64,000 bases of DNA from Bdellovibrionales bacterium (GCA_964230645.1 CAXRHT010000001.1:608001-672000), one strand, 5' to 3'; positions 20,629 to 31,172 are shown, numbered from the stretch's first letter. Notes: generated by a model not told the origin, from the sequence alone. A program made the numbers and translations.

Positions 20629-21186
20629 ATGAAAATTTACACAAAACAGGGTGATAAGGGAGAAACCTCACTGGTTGACGGTTCAAAAGTCAAAAAATCC
20701 ACCCTCCGCATTGAAACCTATGGGACTGTGGACGAGCTCAACTCTCATCTGGGTATCCTCTCCTCACTTTTAGAGGGTGATGAACAATTGAGCATCGCAC
20801 GTTATGACGTCATGCACCTGCAAACCTATCTTTTCCAACTGGGAAGCCAGCTGGCATGTATCGATGAAAAAATGGCAGAAAAACTCCCCCAGTTTGATGA
20901 GTCTCTCGTATCAGAAATCGAAGAAAAAATTGATAAAATGGATGAAAAACTTCCGGAGCTTAAAAACTTTATTTTACCCGGCGGACATCAAGGCGCTAGC
21001 CAGGCCCATGTTTGTCGAACCATCTGTCGTCGCGCCGAGCGTCTTAGTGTCAAACTCGATGAAGAAGAAAAGCTCCGCTTTCCTGCCATTGTCTTCTTAA
21101 ATCGTTTGAGTGACTATTTCTTTGTCCTGGCTCGACATATTAATCACCAAAAGGGCATCCCTTCGCATGAGTGGAAACCCGAATGA
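20629..21186 (+). CDS. Cob(I)alamin adenosyltransferase, PduO type
   Basis: IYTK.GD.GET, YGTVDELNS, FILPGG, RTICRRAER, LNRLSDY. Confidence 0.93.
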   Translation: MKIYTKQGDKGETSLVDGSKVKKSTLRIETYGTVDELNSHLGILSSLLEGDEQLSIARYDVMHLQTYLFQLGSQLACIDEKMAEKLPQFDESLVSEIEEKIDKMDEKLPELKNFILPGGHQGASQAHVCRTICRRAERLSVKLDEEEKLRFPAIVFLNRLSDYFFVLARHINHQKGIPSHEWKPE

Positions 21187-22295
21187 AACTAATGTTGGCC
21201 ACTGAGCAAGACAATGAAGACCTGAAAAGTTTTTTTAACAAACAGGTCTTAGAGGGCGTTTACGATTATCGCCTGGTACGCTCAAACTCTTTTTTTGATC
21301 AGTACAAAATCTCGACTGATGATTATCAGACCTATATTTTAAAGGACCGTAGCGGGGAAATCCAAGCCATGGCCTCTATGCTATTTAAAAAAGGCTATAT
21401 TCACGATCAAGAGCAAACCATTGGTTATGTCACTGATCTTCGTGTTTCAAAATCTCGAGCCGCAACCCTGACATGGACCAAGGAGTTTGTTCCTGCCTTT
21501 GAAGCCGAAAGGGAAAAGAGAAATTGCCAATTTATTTTTTCAGAACTGGAGCAATTCGAGAACATCGCCTACAACACTTTGTTGCGTCGACGCAGCCGTA
21601 CGACCTATATGCCGCGCTATCATCTTTTCCGGAAATTCTATTTGGTCGCTATTTACGGTAAACATTTTTTTGCAGACTATCCGCTTTCAACTATTAAGAT
21701 TGAAAACGGTAGAACCGAAGACATCGAACCTCTTTGCCAGTACTTGCAGAGCAAGTCCGTTCGACGCCCCTTACGCTACAACACCAATGTTGAAGAGCTT
21801 GAAAGAAGACTTAGAATCTGGCCCAACTTTTCCATTCAGAATTTTTTAGTGGCTCGCAATAGGCAGGGTCAAATTATTGGGTGCATGGCTCCTTGGAACA
21901 ATCGCGATGTTCAACAAGTTATTGCCCATAAGTACAAACGTCAAAGTTTTCAAGTTTTCTCCACAAGTCAAACGCTTGGACTTTTGGGGTTAGCAAGACC
22001 TCTTCCTAAGCCAGGCCAGGCGTTTCAGTTTAAATACATCACTCATGGAGCTTACGATAACCCTGATATTTTTTATTCCCTTCTTAATCGGGCTTACTAT
22101 GACTGCCAAAACAAAGAGCTCTTAGTTTATCAAAATTATTTTGGAGATTTCCCCACTCGCCCGCCTCGCTCTTTTATGCACATAAAAATTCCTTATGGTT
22201 TTTACTCGGTTCTTGATCACGAAGCCAAACTGCCTCACTTTTTACACCCCAATCCTTTTATCCCAGCACCAGACTTTCAAGTTTATGCATTCTAA
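21183..22295 (+). CDS. Probable tandem GNAT-fold protein
   Basis: Two GNAT-like repeats (LATEQDNEDL..F / GRTEDIEPL..YL; GYVTDLRV); ATGA overlap with the upstream gene. Confidence 0.55.
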   Translation: MKLMLATEQDNEDLKSFFNKQVLEGVYDYRLVRSNSFFDQYKISTDDYQTYILKDRSGEIQAMASMLFKKGYIHDQEQTIGYVTDLRVSKSRAATLTWTKEFVPAFEAEREKRNCQFIFSELEQFENIAYNTLLRRRSRTTYMPRYHLFRKFYLVAIYGKHFFADYPLSTIKIENGRTEDIEPLCQYLQSKSVRRPLRYNTNVEELERRLRIWPNFSIQNFLVARNRQGQIIGCMAPWNNRDVQQVIAHKYKRQSFQVFSTSQTLGLLGLARPLPKPGQAFQFKYITHGAYDNPDIFYSLLNRAYYDCQNKELLVYQNYFGDFPTRPPRSFMHIKIPYGFYSVLDHEAKLPHFLHPNPFIPAPDFQVYAF

Positions 22296-22579
22296 ATGAA
22301 CAGCTTCAAAACCAACGAAGGTGGCTTTAAACCCTTGATCTCTCAGGCTTTTGCCGTTGCGCGCAATTTTATAGGAACTCTAATAAATTTTAATACTTGT
22401 TTGCAAAGTCTTATATTTCGCTAGCTTGCAGCTTTATTTATAGATCTTTTGTAATTTCTCTACTCTCCCTGAAATCTTTTTCGTATTCAACTTCCTTATT
22501 CTTTGGTTGTGTGTGGGCGGGACTAAACAAACAAAATCAAACTTTTTAAAGTTTGAGGGCACATTAAAAAGGGGCATCC

Positions 22580-23263
22580 ATGCAATCCATCTGTTTGCTT
22601 TTTGCGGGACAAAAAGGCTTAGACGACGTGAACTTTCGACAATCGGTACTAAGGATTCCGGAGGTTTCAAGACGACTCAAAGAAGCTCAGAGGATTTTAG
22701 ATCAGGCGATTGACTCAGACATTTATGTCGACCTCTTTTCTTTCGTCAATTCTCTAGACAACGAATTTGAAAGCCACTCTAATTTAAAATCTCTTGCAGC
22801 CACCTGTGTTCAAGTAGGTCTTTTCGATCGTTTAATTAAATATCGCAGTCGCCCTCAGTTTCTAGTTGGACGAGTCAACGGGCTTTCCGCAATGAAAGTT
22901 TCCGCCGGCATGCAGTCTTTTCAAGATCTCGTTGTGACAAGCCCCTTCTGTCAGGAAAATACGCTTATGGGCCGATTCGCCAATCAGAAGAACTCTAAAC
23001 TTTTTGGGACAGAGCTTGAAGAGTATGGGGTGCTTGCATGGAACCATGATGGTTACTACGAAGAGGTGCAAATGGAGCAAAAAGAAGCGGTCGCCATTCT
23101 TAGTGAACTTTCAAAAACTCATATCCTCACTCAGTGCATTCACGTTGGCCCCACTTACGAATTTTGGCTGAGTGAATTTGAGAAAAAAGATATGAACACT
23201 TTAGCTTCCATGAGCTCTATTGATCTCGACCCAATTCTCAATTCTTTTTGGAAGTCAGCTTAA
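22580..23263 (+). CDS. FabD/acyltransferase-like protein lacking the catalytic Ser
   Basis: LLFAGQ (~FPGQ), PQFLVGRVNG (~GHSLG), AG..SF.D, IHVGP (~EIGP). Confidence 0.5.
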   Translation: MQSICLLFAGQKGLDDVNFRQSVLRIPEVSRRLKEAQRILDQAIDSDIYVDLFSFVNSLDNEFESHSNLKSLAATCVQVGLFDRLIKYRSRPQFLVGRVNGLSAMKVSAGMQSFQDLVVTSPFCQENTLMGRFANQKNSKLFGTELEEYGVLAWNHDGYYEEVQMEQKEAVAILSELSKTHILTQCIHVGPTYEFWLSEFEKKDMNTLASMSSIDLDPILNSFWKSA

Positions 23264-23344
23264 TAGGGCAAGCTCAGTGAGGCACTCAGCCTTTTTAAAG
23301 TGCCTGCCGCCCGGCTGAAATTTATCGATTTATTTTTTTAATAA

Positions 23345-25039
23345 CTACAGATCTTCTTGAGTATTGGAGAGAAGCTCTTCTATTGTTGTAATCCCTTGGA
23401 TGACTTTTTGAATCCCGTGATCACGGAAAGTTTTCATCCCCTGTTCAATGGCTTTTTTCTTAATCAACCCTGAGTCTTGTCTCTGCATGACGAGAGTTCT
23501 TACCTCTTCGGTAACCACCAAGAGTTCTTGGATCAAAGTTCGACCAATATAACCCTTGTTATTACATTTGTTACAACCTACAGCTTTGTGAATTTTTGCA
23601 TCAGCAAGGTCGGCCTGGGTCATTCCAAGATTTTTCATCTCAAGGTCGGAAGGCTCATGGGGGGCCTTGCAATGAGGACAAAGCACACGAACCAGTCGTT
23701 GAGAAATAACTCCTAAAAGTGAGGTCGCAATTAAAAAAGGCTCACACCCCATATCGATCAAACGTGGGAAAGCCCCCGCCGCATCGTTGGTGTGAATTGT
23801 GGAGAGAACCAAGTGACCTGTTAGTGAGGAGTTAATGGCAATTTCTGCTGTTTCAAGGTCACGAATCTCCCCGATCATAATGATGTCTGGATCCTGACGA
23901 AGAATCGCTCGAAGACCTCCCGCAAAAGTGAGACCGATCTTTGAATTCACCTGAATCTGGCCAATACCCTGGATTCGTTGCTCGACAGGATCTTCAACAG
24001 TAATGATATTGGTATCTATGGCGTTGAGCCTCTGTAGAGAAGCGTAAAGGGTTGTCGATTTACCACTTCCCGTCGGTCCGGTGACAAGAAGAATACCGTA
24101 GGTTCTTGTAAGTAAATTAGTTAGGTTGGAGAGATTCTCCTCAGAAAAACCAAGCTGCTCAAGACTTAACACCACATTGGAGCGATCCTGTAAACGCATC
24201 ACTGCTCGCTCCCCGTGCGCTGTGGGAACCGTGCTCAAACGAACATCAATATCTTTACCCCCAATTTTTAAGGGGATACGACCATCTTGGGGAAGTCTTT
24301 TTTCGGCGATGTTGAGATTTCCCATTACCTTAATACGAGAGGTGATCGAATTCTGTAATCGTTTGGGTGGCTTAAATACATCATATAAAACACCATCCAC
24401 ACGAAAACGCACCACCATATCTTTTTCGTAAGGTTCGATATGAATATCTGAGGCCTTTTCTTTGACGGCTCGTGAAAGAAGAGTGTTCACTAATCGAATC
24501 ACAGGAGCATCATCGTCAGCGGCTTCGAGCAAATCTATGATCGGTTCATCAAGATCATAGTCATCCTCTTCAATTTCATCGAGCCCCTCAAGAGCAGCCG
24601 TACCCTTTTCGTACACCCTGTTGATGGCATCAAGAAGCTTAACCTTCGTAGTTAAGACAGGAACAATTTGTTTTTTAAACAAAAGCCTTAAGTCATCAAG
24701 GACTGTGATATTAAGGGGGTTGGTCGTTAACACCAAAACTTGCCTATTGTCTTCTTTGTAGGGAAGAATCTCAAAGTTTTTTGCGTAATTTATGGGAATG
24801 CCTCGAATCATGTCCATTGCGATATCGTTAATAATGATATCTTTTGCAAACTGAATTCCGATTCTTTCAGAGAGCTTCTCCATCACACGATCCGTGGTGG
24901 GATCACTGATCTCTTCCAAACTTTTCCTAACCGTTTTGGAGCCACCAAAATCGGAATCGAGCAATATTTGCAGTTGCTCGTCGGTGAGGCTTGTTGATTT
25001 CTGAATGATATTTTCAATCACTTGATTGGAAGCTGCCAT
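23345..25039 (-). CDS. gspE: Type II secretion ATPase GspE
   Basis: ASDIHIEP, RLPQDGR, GPTGSGKSTT, LRQDPD, TGHLV, Cys-pair Zn motif. Confidence 0.95.
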   Translation of the reverse strand: MAASNQVIENIIQKSTSLTDEQLQILLDSDFGGSKTVRKSLEEISDPTTDRVMEKLSERIGIQFAKDIIINDIAMDMIRGIPINYAKNFEILPYKEDNRQVLVLTTNPLNITVLDDLRLLFKKQIVPVLTTKVKLLDAINRVYEKGTAALEGLDEIEEDDYDLDEPIIDLLEAADDDAPVIRLVNTLLSRAVKEKASDIHIEPYEKDMVVRFRVDGVLYDVFKPPKRLQNSITSRIKVMGNLNIAEKRLPQDGRIPLKIGGKDIDVRLSTVPTAHGERAVMRLQDRSNVVLSLEQLGFSEENLSNLTNLLTRTYGILLVTGPTGSGKSTTLYASLQRLNAIDTNIITVEDPVEQRIQGIGQIQVNSKIGLTFAGGLRAILRQDPDIIMIGEIRDLETAEIAINSSLTGHLVLSTIHTNDAAGAFPRLIDMGCEPFLIATSLLGVISQRLVRVLCPHCKAPHEPSDLEMKNLGMTQADLADAKIHKAVGCNKCNNKGYIGRTLIQELLVVTEEVRTLVMQRQDSGLIKKKAIEQGMKTFRDHGIQKVIQGITTIEELLSNTQEDL

Positions 25040-25048
25040 ATGTCCTTA

Positions 25049-27670
25049 TTAAAATCCTTCAAATTCACTTTCAAACTCATCGGCTGTATTGTCAAAGCTT
25101 GAGTCATCAAAGCTCTCTGTCGGCGCGGGCTCTTCTCCCACTGGGATAGCCTCTTCCAAATCCAATTCGATTTCTTCGGTATTTGGAACAAAAGTTTTTG
25201 AAGAAGCTTCTGCGTCTTGGATCAAACTATTAAAACGCTCGCCGTAAGGATCTCGCCCTCCAGAGTTCTTTTTAATCCAGTCGATCCGCTCAGTCATTTT
25301 CTGCTTAAGAATGTCTTTGTGACCCTGAGAATTTCTAATAATTTTTGGAGTTAAAAACACAACCAAGTTCTTTTTAATTTTTCTCACTGTGCTGTTTTTA
25401 AACAACCACCCAAGAATCGGAATGTCGCCAAGAAGTGGAATCTTCGATTCAGTAATGGAATCTTCGTCTTCCATCAATCCACCAAGGACCGCAGTCTGCC
25501 CTGACTCAAGAACAATATTTGTTTTCAAAGACTTCTTGGTCAAGGCCTGAGCATTATCGGCCAGGTTTTGTGCTTGAATGGCCTTTGTCGAAACTTTTTG
25601 AATTTTCTGCTCTACATTAAGGCGCACGATATCAGAGTCTGGACTGATAAAGGGTTTGATCTTAAGTAAGATCGTGGCGTCTTTAAACTGTGGAGTAAAA
25701 GTAGAAAGTCCAGCATTGGAAGCACTTTGTGTTGCTCCGACAGGCACCTCATCTCCAACCTCAATTTCCGACTCTTCATTGTCCATAGCTAAAATGTTTG
25801 GAGTTGAGAGAATGTTGGCGTTGGTCTTTTCTTTAAGAAAACTAATCAATGCAATAAGACTTGGGATCTCAATGACCTGTCCTCCCGCATTGATCTGAAT
25901 GGTTTCACTAGGATCCCCAAGGTTGAGAATAGCCCCTTTTCCTCCGACAGGATTGACTAGATCAGCCAAAGAGGAAGAACCACCAGAGAATCCAACACGC
26001 GCCACACCTTCTCCATTGGTGGTCTGGTTATTAGGATCTTCGCTTTTGAAGAATCTCATATAGTTCATATTCCAAACATTCGAGTTGTTGGCTTCCATTT
26101 CCATAATGATGGCTTCAACAAAAACTTGATCTTTAGGAATATCAATCTTGGCTAAAAGATTTTTAACCACTTTGTAGTCCTGTCTTCCCGCGGTAACAAT
26201 AAGGGAGTTGGTATTTTCGTCGGCTTTAATGACAACATTTCCACCAAAGATCGGTTTTTGCACCTTAGGCGCTTGAAAAGATTTGTCATCTTTACTTTTA
26301 TTAGACTGCTCGGCCGCTTTTTCTGATTCTTCGGCAATTCCTGAGAGCGTTTCAGCGATTTTAACAGCCTCACCATGTTTCACGTAGTATACATACACCC
26401 CACCAGCATCCGCAGGATCAAGGGGATAATCCAGACGCTTTACAAGTTCTTGGATTCGGTCAATACCCTGAGAATTACCAACCACAATAATGGAGTTGGT
26501 ACGGTCATCAGGAGCCACAATTTTAAGGTTTTCTGTTTTACCTTCATCACCTTTACTAAAGCGAGAACGGCGAAACCGACTCTTACTGTCACTTTCCTCT
26601 TCACCTTCATTTATGATTTTCTGAATAAGCTCAGAAATATCTTTTGCTTTGGCATGTCTAATAGGAATTACTTCAAGACGCTCTTCAAATCCAGGCTTAT
26701 CGAGCTCCTCAATGATGCGAGAAATTCTTTCCACACTGGAACCGTAGCCGGAAATAATCAGTGAATTGGTTTTTTCATAGGACTCAACATCCCCTGCTTT
26801 TTTCGAAACGAATTTTTCTAAACTCTTTTTCAAAGTTTCAGCATTGATATATTTCAGTTGCACAATTCGGGTGATCAACTGATCGGAGGTTGGAAAATAA
26901 GCACCGGCATAAGTTTCAATGGAATCGTTCTTGGCGTTTGTCTCTTTTCTAATTTTTAAGTAGCCATCGCCTGTTGGTACAATGGTGTAGTTGTTCATGG
27001 CAAGGGCTGAGAGAAACATCTTCCAAGCTTGAGCCACTGTCACCGGTGTTGGAGCTACGATGGTGATTTTTCCATTCACCCCTGGTTCCATAATGAAGTT
27101 CTTTTTGGTGAGTTTCCCAATTGCGTTGGCCACGTCCATAATATTGGCATTGGGGTAGTTAAAACTCTCGATGATATCTGGGAAATTTTCATCGGTGATG
27201 TCTTCCGGTTGTGCTTCAGCAAAAGTCATTTTGCCTTTTTTATTGGAATCACTTTTAGCCACTTTTTTAACCTTGATATCACCCACAGGCGTGGTCGGAC
27301 GATTGTTAACAGGTGGCCTTGAATTGCTTCGCCCAAACGAGGGACGATTGTTGTTATTGTTGGTGTTGTTATTGGTATTGTCATTCCCACCACCACGACG
27401 AAAACGGCTACGTCGGAACCTTGAAGTGGGAGGAGGAGGTGGTTCTTCTTCGAATTCTTCTACGGGAATTTCTTCTTCGATATCGACTTCATCGATAATT
27501 TCACCATCGATGGGTTCGTTATCAAAAAACTCTTCTTCGGGGGCTTGGGCGATCGTCCAAAGGGGATCGTTTAACTTTATATCTGATGACTGGTTGTTCT
27601 CCATAGCCTGTGAAAAGGGAGAACTCACGAGTGTGAGAAGTGCTATCATCATGATTCGCAATATCTTCAT
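25049..27670 (-). CDS. gspD: Type II secretion secretin GspD
   Basis: N domains, QVFVEAIIME, KIPLLGDIPILGWLF, NLVVFLTP; signal peptide from ATG 27670. Confidence 0.95.
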   Translation of the reverse strand: MKILRIMMIALLTLVSSPFSQAMENNQSSDIKLNDPLWTIAQAPEEEFFDNEPIDGEIIDEVDIEEEIPVEEFEEEPPPPPTSRFRRSRFRRGGGNDNTNNNTNNNNNRPSFGRSNSRPPVNNRPTTPVGDIKVKKVAKSDSNKKGKMTFAEAQPEDITDENFPDIIESFNYPNANIMDVANAIGKLTKKNFIMEPGVNGKITIVAPTPVTVAQAWKMFLSALAMNNYTIVPTGDGYLKIRKETNAKNDSIETYAGAYFPTSDQLITRIVQLKYINAETLKKSLEKFVSKKAGDVESYEKTNSLIISGYGSSVERISRIIEELDKPGFEERLEVIPIRHAKAKDISELIQKIINEGEEESDSKSRFRRSRFSKGDEGKTENLKIVAPDDRTNSIIVVGNSQGIDRIQELVKRLDYPLDPADAGGVYVYYVKHGEAVKIAETLSGIAEESEKAAEQSNKSKDDKSFQAPKVQKPIFGGNVVIKADENTNSLIVTAGRQDYKVVKNLLAKIDIPKDQVFVEAIIMEMEANNSNVWNMNYMRFFKSEDPNNQTTNGEGVARVGFSGGSSSLADLVNPVGGKGAILNLGDPSETIQINAGGQVIEIPSLIALISFLKEKTNANILSTPNILAMDNEESEIEVGDEVPVGATQSASNAGLSTFTPQFKDATILLKIKPFISPDSDIVRLNVEQKIQKVSTKAIQAQNLADNAQALTKKSLKTNIVLESGQTAVLGGLMEDEDSITESKIPLLGDIPILGWLFKNSTVRKIKKNLVVFLTPKIIRNSQGHKDILKQKMTERIDWIKKNSGGRDPYGERFNSLIQDAEASSKTFVPNTEEIELDLEEAIPVGEEPAPTESFDDSSFDNTADEFESEFEGF

Positions 27671-27915
27671 TATGACCTTCCTATGGTGCAACATATCTAT
27701 TAAAACCCATAAATATTCAGAACTTAAAGCTTTTCCCAAATCCTTGGCCCGGATCGCGCCAAAGGTCGAGAGCGATCTTGGCACCCTTAAAGATCGCAGT
27801 GCATTATTGACTCAAGTGATGAAAATCAAAAGAAGACTCTTAAAGTTCTCCCTTCTTATTTTACTCTGATAAAAAACGGGGAAAAACCCCATCCTCCCCA
27901 GACAGCCGATACTAA

Positions 27916-27933
27916 AAGGTGCCTGGCAACCTT
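27916..27933. repeat. Short REP-like palindrome AAGGTGCCTGGCAACCTT
   Basis: Imperfect palindrome with the same AAGGT(A/G)CC(A/T)GG core as the arms at 38847-38965. Confidence 0.45.
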
Positions 27934-28064
27934 CACAAAAAAATTCCGACTTTGAGAAAATTTGAGTTTCTTGAAAGTTTTACGCTCTTTTTCAATGAAG
28001 AAAAGCTTTCCCAAGGTGAACCGATGATTAGTCTCACCGGTCAGCTTTCAAGGTATCTCTGATT

Positions 28065-29018
28065 CTACTCTAGGCTGTAGTTAAGGGTTGTTGGCGAACC
28101 GCCACGAGTGATCTCTAATTGGATATCGTCTGCACTTTTCAAAGCTTGGTACAATTCCATGGCTTTTTGAGGAGTGTCGACAGCTTCACCGTTGACTCCT
28201 TTAATAATGTCTCCACGCTTTAAGCCAAGCTTTTCATAAATACTTCCCGATTTCAAAGCCACCAATTTAAAACCACTGACCTCACCTCCAGAGCCCGGCT
28301 CCACATAAGGAACAGCTTTGGCGTCTTGTAAGACTCGTGGGAGATTTTCCAAGTACTTATTAATCTCTGCCCTTTTGAAGCTGAAGTTTGTTTGCTCAGG
28401 CTGAGGCTGCTGCACCCCTCCAGTGTTTGGGCTCGCAAGCCCCATCTTAAGGGCATTCTCTTCTTTGATTTCAATGTACTCAAGCTTACGATTTCGAAGG
28501 TTGCGAAAGATGACTTTAAACCTTTGAATTTCTCTGATACGAGCCATGTCTTCAACTTCGTCCTCAATAACAACAGCCTGAATGTCTTTGCCATTCACCT
28601 CAACAGTCGCTACAGACAACTGGGGAGCGCCGTGAATAATGGTTCCAACAAGCTTTAATGGAAGACTTGTTGGGACCGGATCGGTATTTTCCTCTCCAGA
28701 CTCTTCCGTGTTTTTTTCTCCCAGTGAATCGGGAATGAAGTGATCGGAGTTAAAGATGTTTTTGTCTTTTACACTGGTGAAAATAGAAGCTTGCCTGCCC
28801 CGACGCTGAAAACGATTGTTTCCAGGGCGCACGCGGGTGACTCCCCCAACAGGAAGCATCTTCGCTCGAATAAATGTCGTTCCGAAATCCGCAATCAGAA
28901 CACCAATAAAGAAGAGCAAAATATAAATGTAGGCCCCTTCAAAAGGAGGCCGTGGGTTTTTCAACCCTAGCTTATCTCCAAGTTTAGAGAGTTTAGAAAA
29001 GTTAAATCGACCAGCCAT
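28065..29018 (-). CDS. gspC: Type II secretion protein GspC with PDZ domain
   Basis: One TM helix, L.LVGTI HR domain, C-terminal PDZ (LGLKRGDII..VNG). Confidence 0.9.
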   Translation of the reverse strand: MAGRFNFSKLSKLGDKLGLKNPRPPFEGAYIYILLFFIGVLIADFGTTFIRAKMLPVGGVTRVRPGNNRFQRRGRQASIFTSVKDKNIFNSDHFIPDSLGEKNTEESGEENTDPVPTSLPLKLVGTIIHGAPQLSVATVEVNGKDIQAVVIEDEVEDMARIREIQRFKVIFRNLRNRKLEYIEIKEENALKMGLASPNTGGVQQPQPEQTNFSFKRAEINKYLENLPRVLQDAKAVPYVEPGSGGEVSGFKLVALKSGSIYEKLGLKRGDIIKGVNGEAVDTPQKAMELYQALKSADDIQLEITRGGSPTTLNYSLE

Positions 29019-29119
29019 AGATAAAAGTCTATCAAAAACTAAAAACAAATATTAGGAAAAACTCTCTGGACTGTAGGATAGTTTTTACCTTACCGCCAGA
29101 GGGCTCCCTTTTTCAGGAC

Positions 29120-29752
29120 CTAGCCGCGATAAAGATTAATAAGAAAACTCACCATAGGAGTGAAAATCGTGTGGCTTGAGCTAGCATCCCCTGAAACATT
29201 GGTCAGAGCATCAACCCCTTCCCCGTATTGAATATTTTTGTAAACAAAATGGGGACCAATGGAGAAATGCCGGTTGAGACGGAAAAAATAACCCGCTTCA
29301 AGCTGAAAACCTAAGCCTTCCGAGTAGCGACTAATATCAGCAGTATTCTCTAATTCTTGCTTCGAATAGGGAAAGAAGGTTCCCACAAAGGACCACCCTC
29401 TATGAATGTAGCCAAAACTGACTCCCACAGACTCTCGAGTGGTTTTGGGTGCCGATTCATTGATATCTTGAGACTCTCCTGCGTACAAAATTCCAAAGTA
29501 AAAGCCTTTGCGAAAAATGTAGCCAAACTTCACATCGTAGAGAAAAACATCTCTTTTACGGTTATTAACCGAATTACCGGTGACATCATTACTCTCATCC
29601 ATAGAAAGATACATAAGCGAGGGAGAGAAAACGAGACCATAATCTCTCTGATCGCGGTCAAGATCAGTGAAGGTTTGGTAGGACTCATACTCTTCGTACT
29701 GACCCCAGGCGAGCGTTGGAATAAAAAGAAAAAACAATAAGGCGCGAATCAC
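29120..29752 (-). CDS. Outer-membrane beta-barrel domain protein
   Basis: Signal peptide and alternating aromatic/Gly strands. Confidence 0.65.
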   Translation of the reverse strand: MIRALLFFLFIPTLAWGQYEEYESYQTFTDLDRDQRDYGLVFSPSLMYLSMDESNDVTGNSVNNRKRDVFLYDVKFGYIFRKGFYFGILYAGESQDINESAPKTTRESVGVSFGYIHRGWSFVGTFFPYSKQELENTADISRYSEGLGFQLEAGYFFRLNRHFSIGPHFVYKNIQYGEGVDALTNVSGDASSSHTIFTPMVSFLINLYRG

Positions 29753-29860
29753 AACCTATTATTGATAACCCAAGTCCAATAATCAAGACTACACCCGACC
29801 TTAAGATTGGGAGGCCCCCGACCACCTGCCCATGATTCCACCCCACAGGGGGATTGGAAT

Positions 29861-29889
29861 TTGAACTCCCCGAAGTTTAGGATTAAACT
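29861..29889 (+). promoter_or_regulatory. Putative sigma-70 promoter for gspF
   Basis: TTGAAC-N17-TAAACT about 30 nt before the ATG. Confidence 0.4.
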
Positions 29890-29921
29890 TGAGCATTGAG
29901 AATAGGAAAGGGACACATCGA

Positions 29922-31139
29922 ATGCCTATCTATGAATATAAGGGCCTTAGCCGATCAGGAAAGAACATCAAAGGAACTGTTGATGCTGATAATTTACGCT
30001 CGGCCCGTGTAAAATTAAAAAAAGATGGGATTTATGTCGTCGATCTGGCTGACAAAACTAAAAAACAACGTAAGAAAAATAAATCCAAAACAAGCACGAC
30101 CTCTGGCGTAAACATTAACGATATGTCGAATATGACGCGGCAGTTGGCATCTTTAATTAAAGCCAATATCCCCCTCGTTGATGCCCTTGGCGCTTGTTCG
30201 GATCAAATGGAAAACCCGGTGCTCAAAGAGGTTCTGGCCGATTGTAAAAACAACGTGAATGAAGGAAGCACTTTTCATAAGTCGATTCGAAAATACCCTA
30301 AAATATTTGATAAAATTTTTATTTCCATGGTCGAGGCCGGTGAAATGTCGGGAACACTGGATGTGATCCTCCTTCGATTGGCCGAATTCAAAGAGGACCA
30401 GGCCGAGCTTAATTCCAAGGTGAAGTCGGCCATGCTCTACCCGATCATCATGTTCTTGTTCATGATTTTGATTCTCGCGGTGATGTTCATTTTCGTCATT
30501 CCGCAAATGATGAGTATTTTTGACGACGCCGAGATGCAACTGCCCTGGTACACCATGCTCGTTATCAACATTAGTGGGACCTTAGTGAACTATTGGTGGG
30601 TGATTCTCCTAGGCATAGGTGTGGTTGTTTTTGGGTTTATACAATGGACTCAATCAGAATCGGGACGCCCGAAATGGGATTATATGAAGCTACATCTGCC
30701 CGTTTCTGGAAAATTAACTCGAATGATTGCGGTTTCTCGCTTCACCCGAACTCTATCAACCCTACTGGCTGGAGGAGTTCCCATGCTGAATGCTATGGAT
30801 ATTGTTAAGAATGTAGTTAATAATGAAGTTCTGGCTAAAGCCATTCGCGAGGCCCGAGATAATATCAGTGAAGGGGAGTCCATAGCAGGCCCCTTGAAGA
30901 AGTCTCAGCAATTTCCTCCCATCGTGATTCATATGGTTGGAATTGGTGAAAAAACAGGCGATCTTGAAAATATGTTGAATCAGGTGAGTGATACCTACGA
31001 TTTTCAGGTCAAAAACAAGGTGGAAGGACTCACTTCGATCCTGGAACCCATTATGATTATTGTAATGGGTGGCGTCATTGGTACGATTGTGTTCTCACTC
31101 ATGGTGCCAATGTTTGAACTCGCCAATATCGCGGAGTAA
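29922..31139 (+). CDS. gspF: Type II secretion inner-membrane protein GspF
   Basis: TRQLASL, GEMSGTLD, AMLYP, GEKTGDLE, LEP motifs. Confidence 0.95.
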   Translation: MPIYEYKGLSRSGKNIKGTVDADNLRSARVKLKKDGIYVVDLADKTKKQRKKNKSKTSTTSGVNINDMSNMTRQLASLIKANIPLVDALGACSDQMENPVLKEVLADCKNNVNEGSTFHKSIRKYPKIFDKIFISMVEAGEMSGTLDVILLRLAEFKEDQAELNSKVKSAMLYPIIMFLFMILILAVMFIFVIPQMMSIFDDAEMQLPWYTMLVINISGTLVNYWWVILLGIGVVVFGFIQWTQSESGRPKWDYMKLHLPVSGKLTRMIAVSRFTRTLSTLLAGGVPMLNAMDIVKNVVNNEVLAKAIREARDNISEGESIAGPLKKSQQFPPIVIHMVGIGEKTGDLENMLNQVSDTYDFQVKNKVEGLTSILEPIMIIVMGGVIGTIVFSLMVPMFELANIAE

Positions 31140-31172
31140 TATAAAGAATCAAAAATTTTGAGGAGTTTTCTT

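Noticed and set aside
27171..27869. 232-aa plus-strand ORF
   Set aside because: Antisense to the low-complexity 5' part of gspD.
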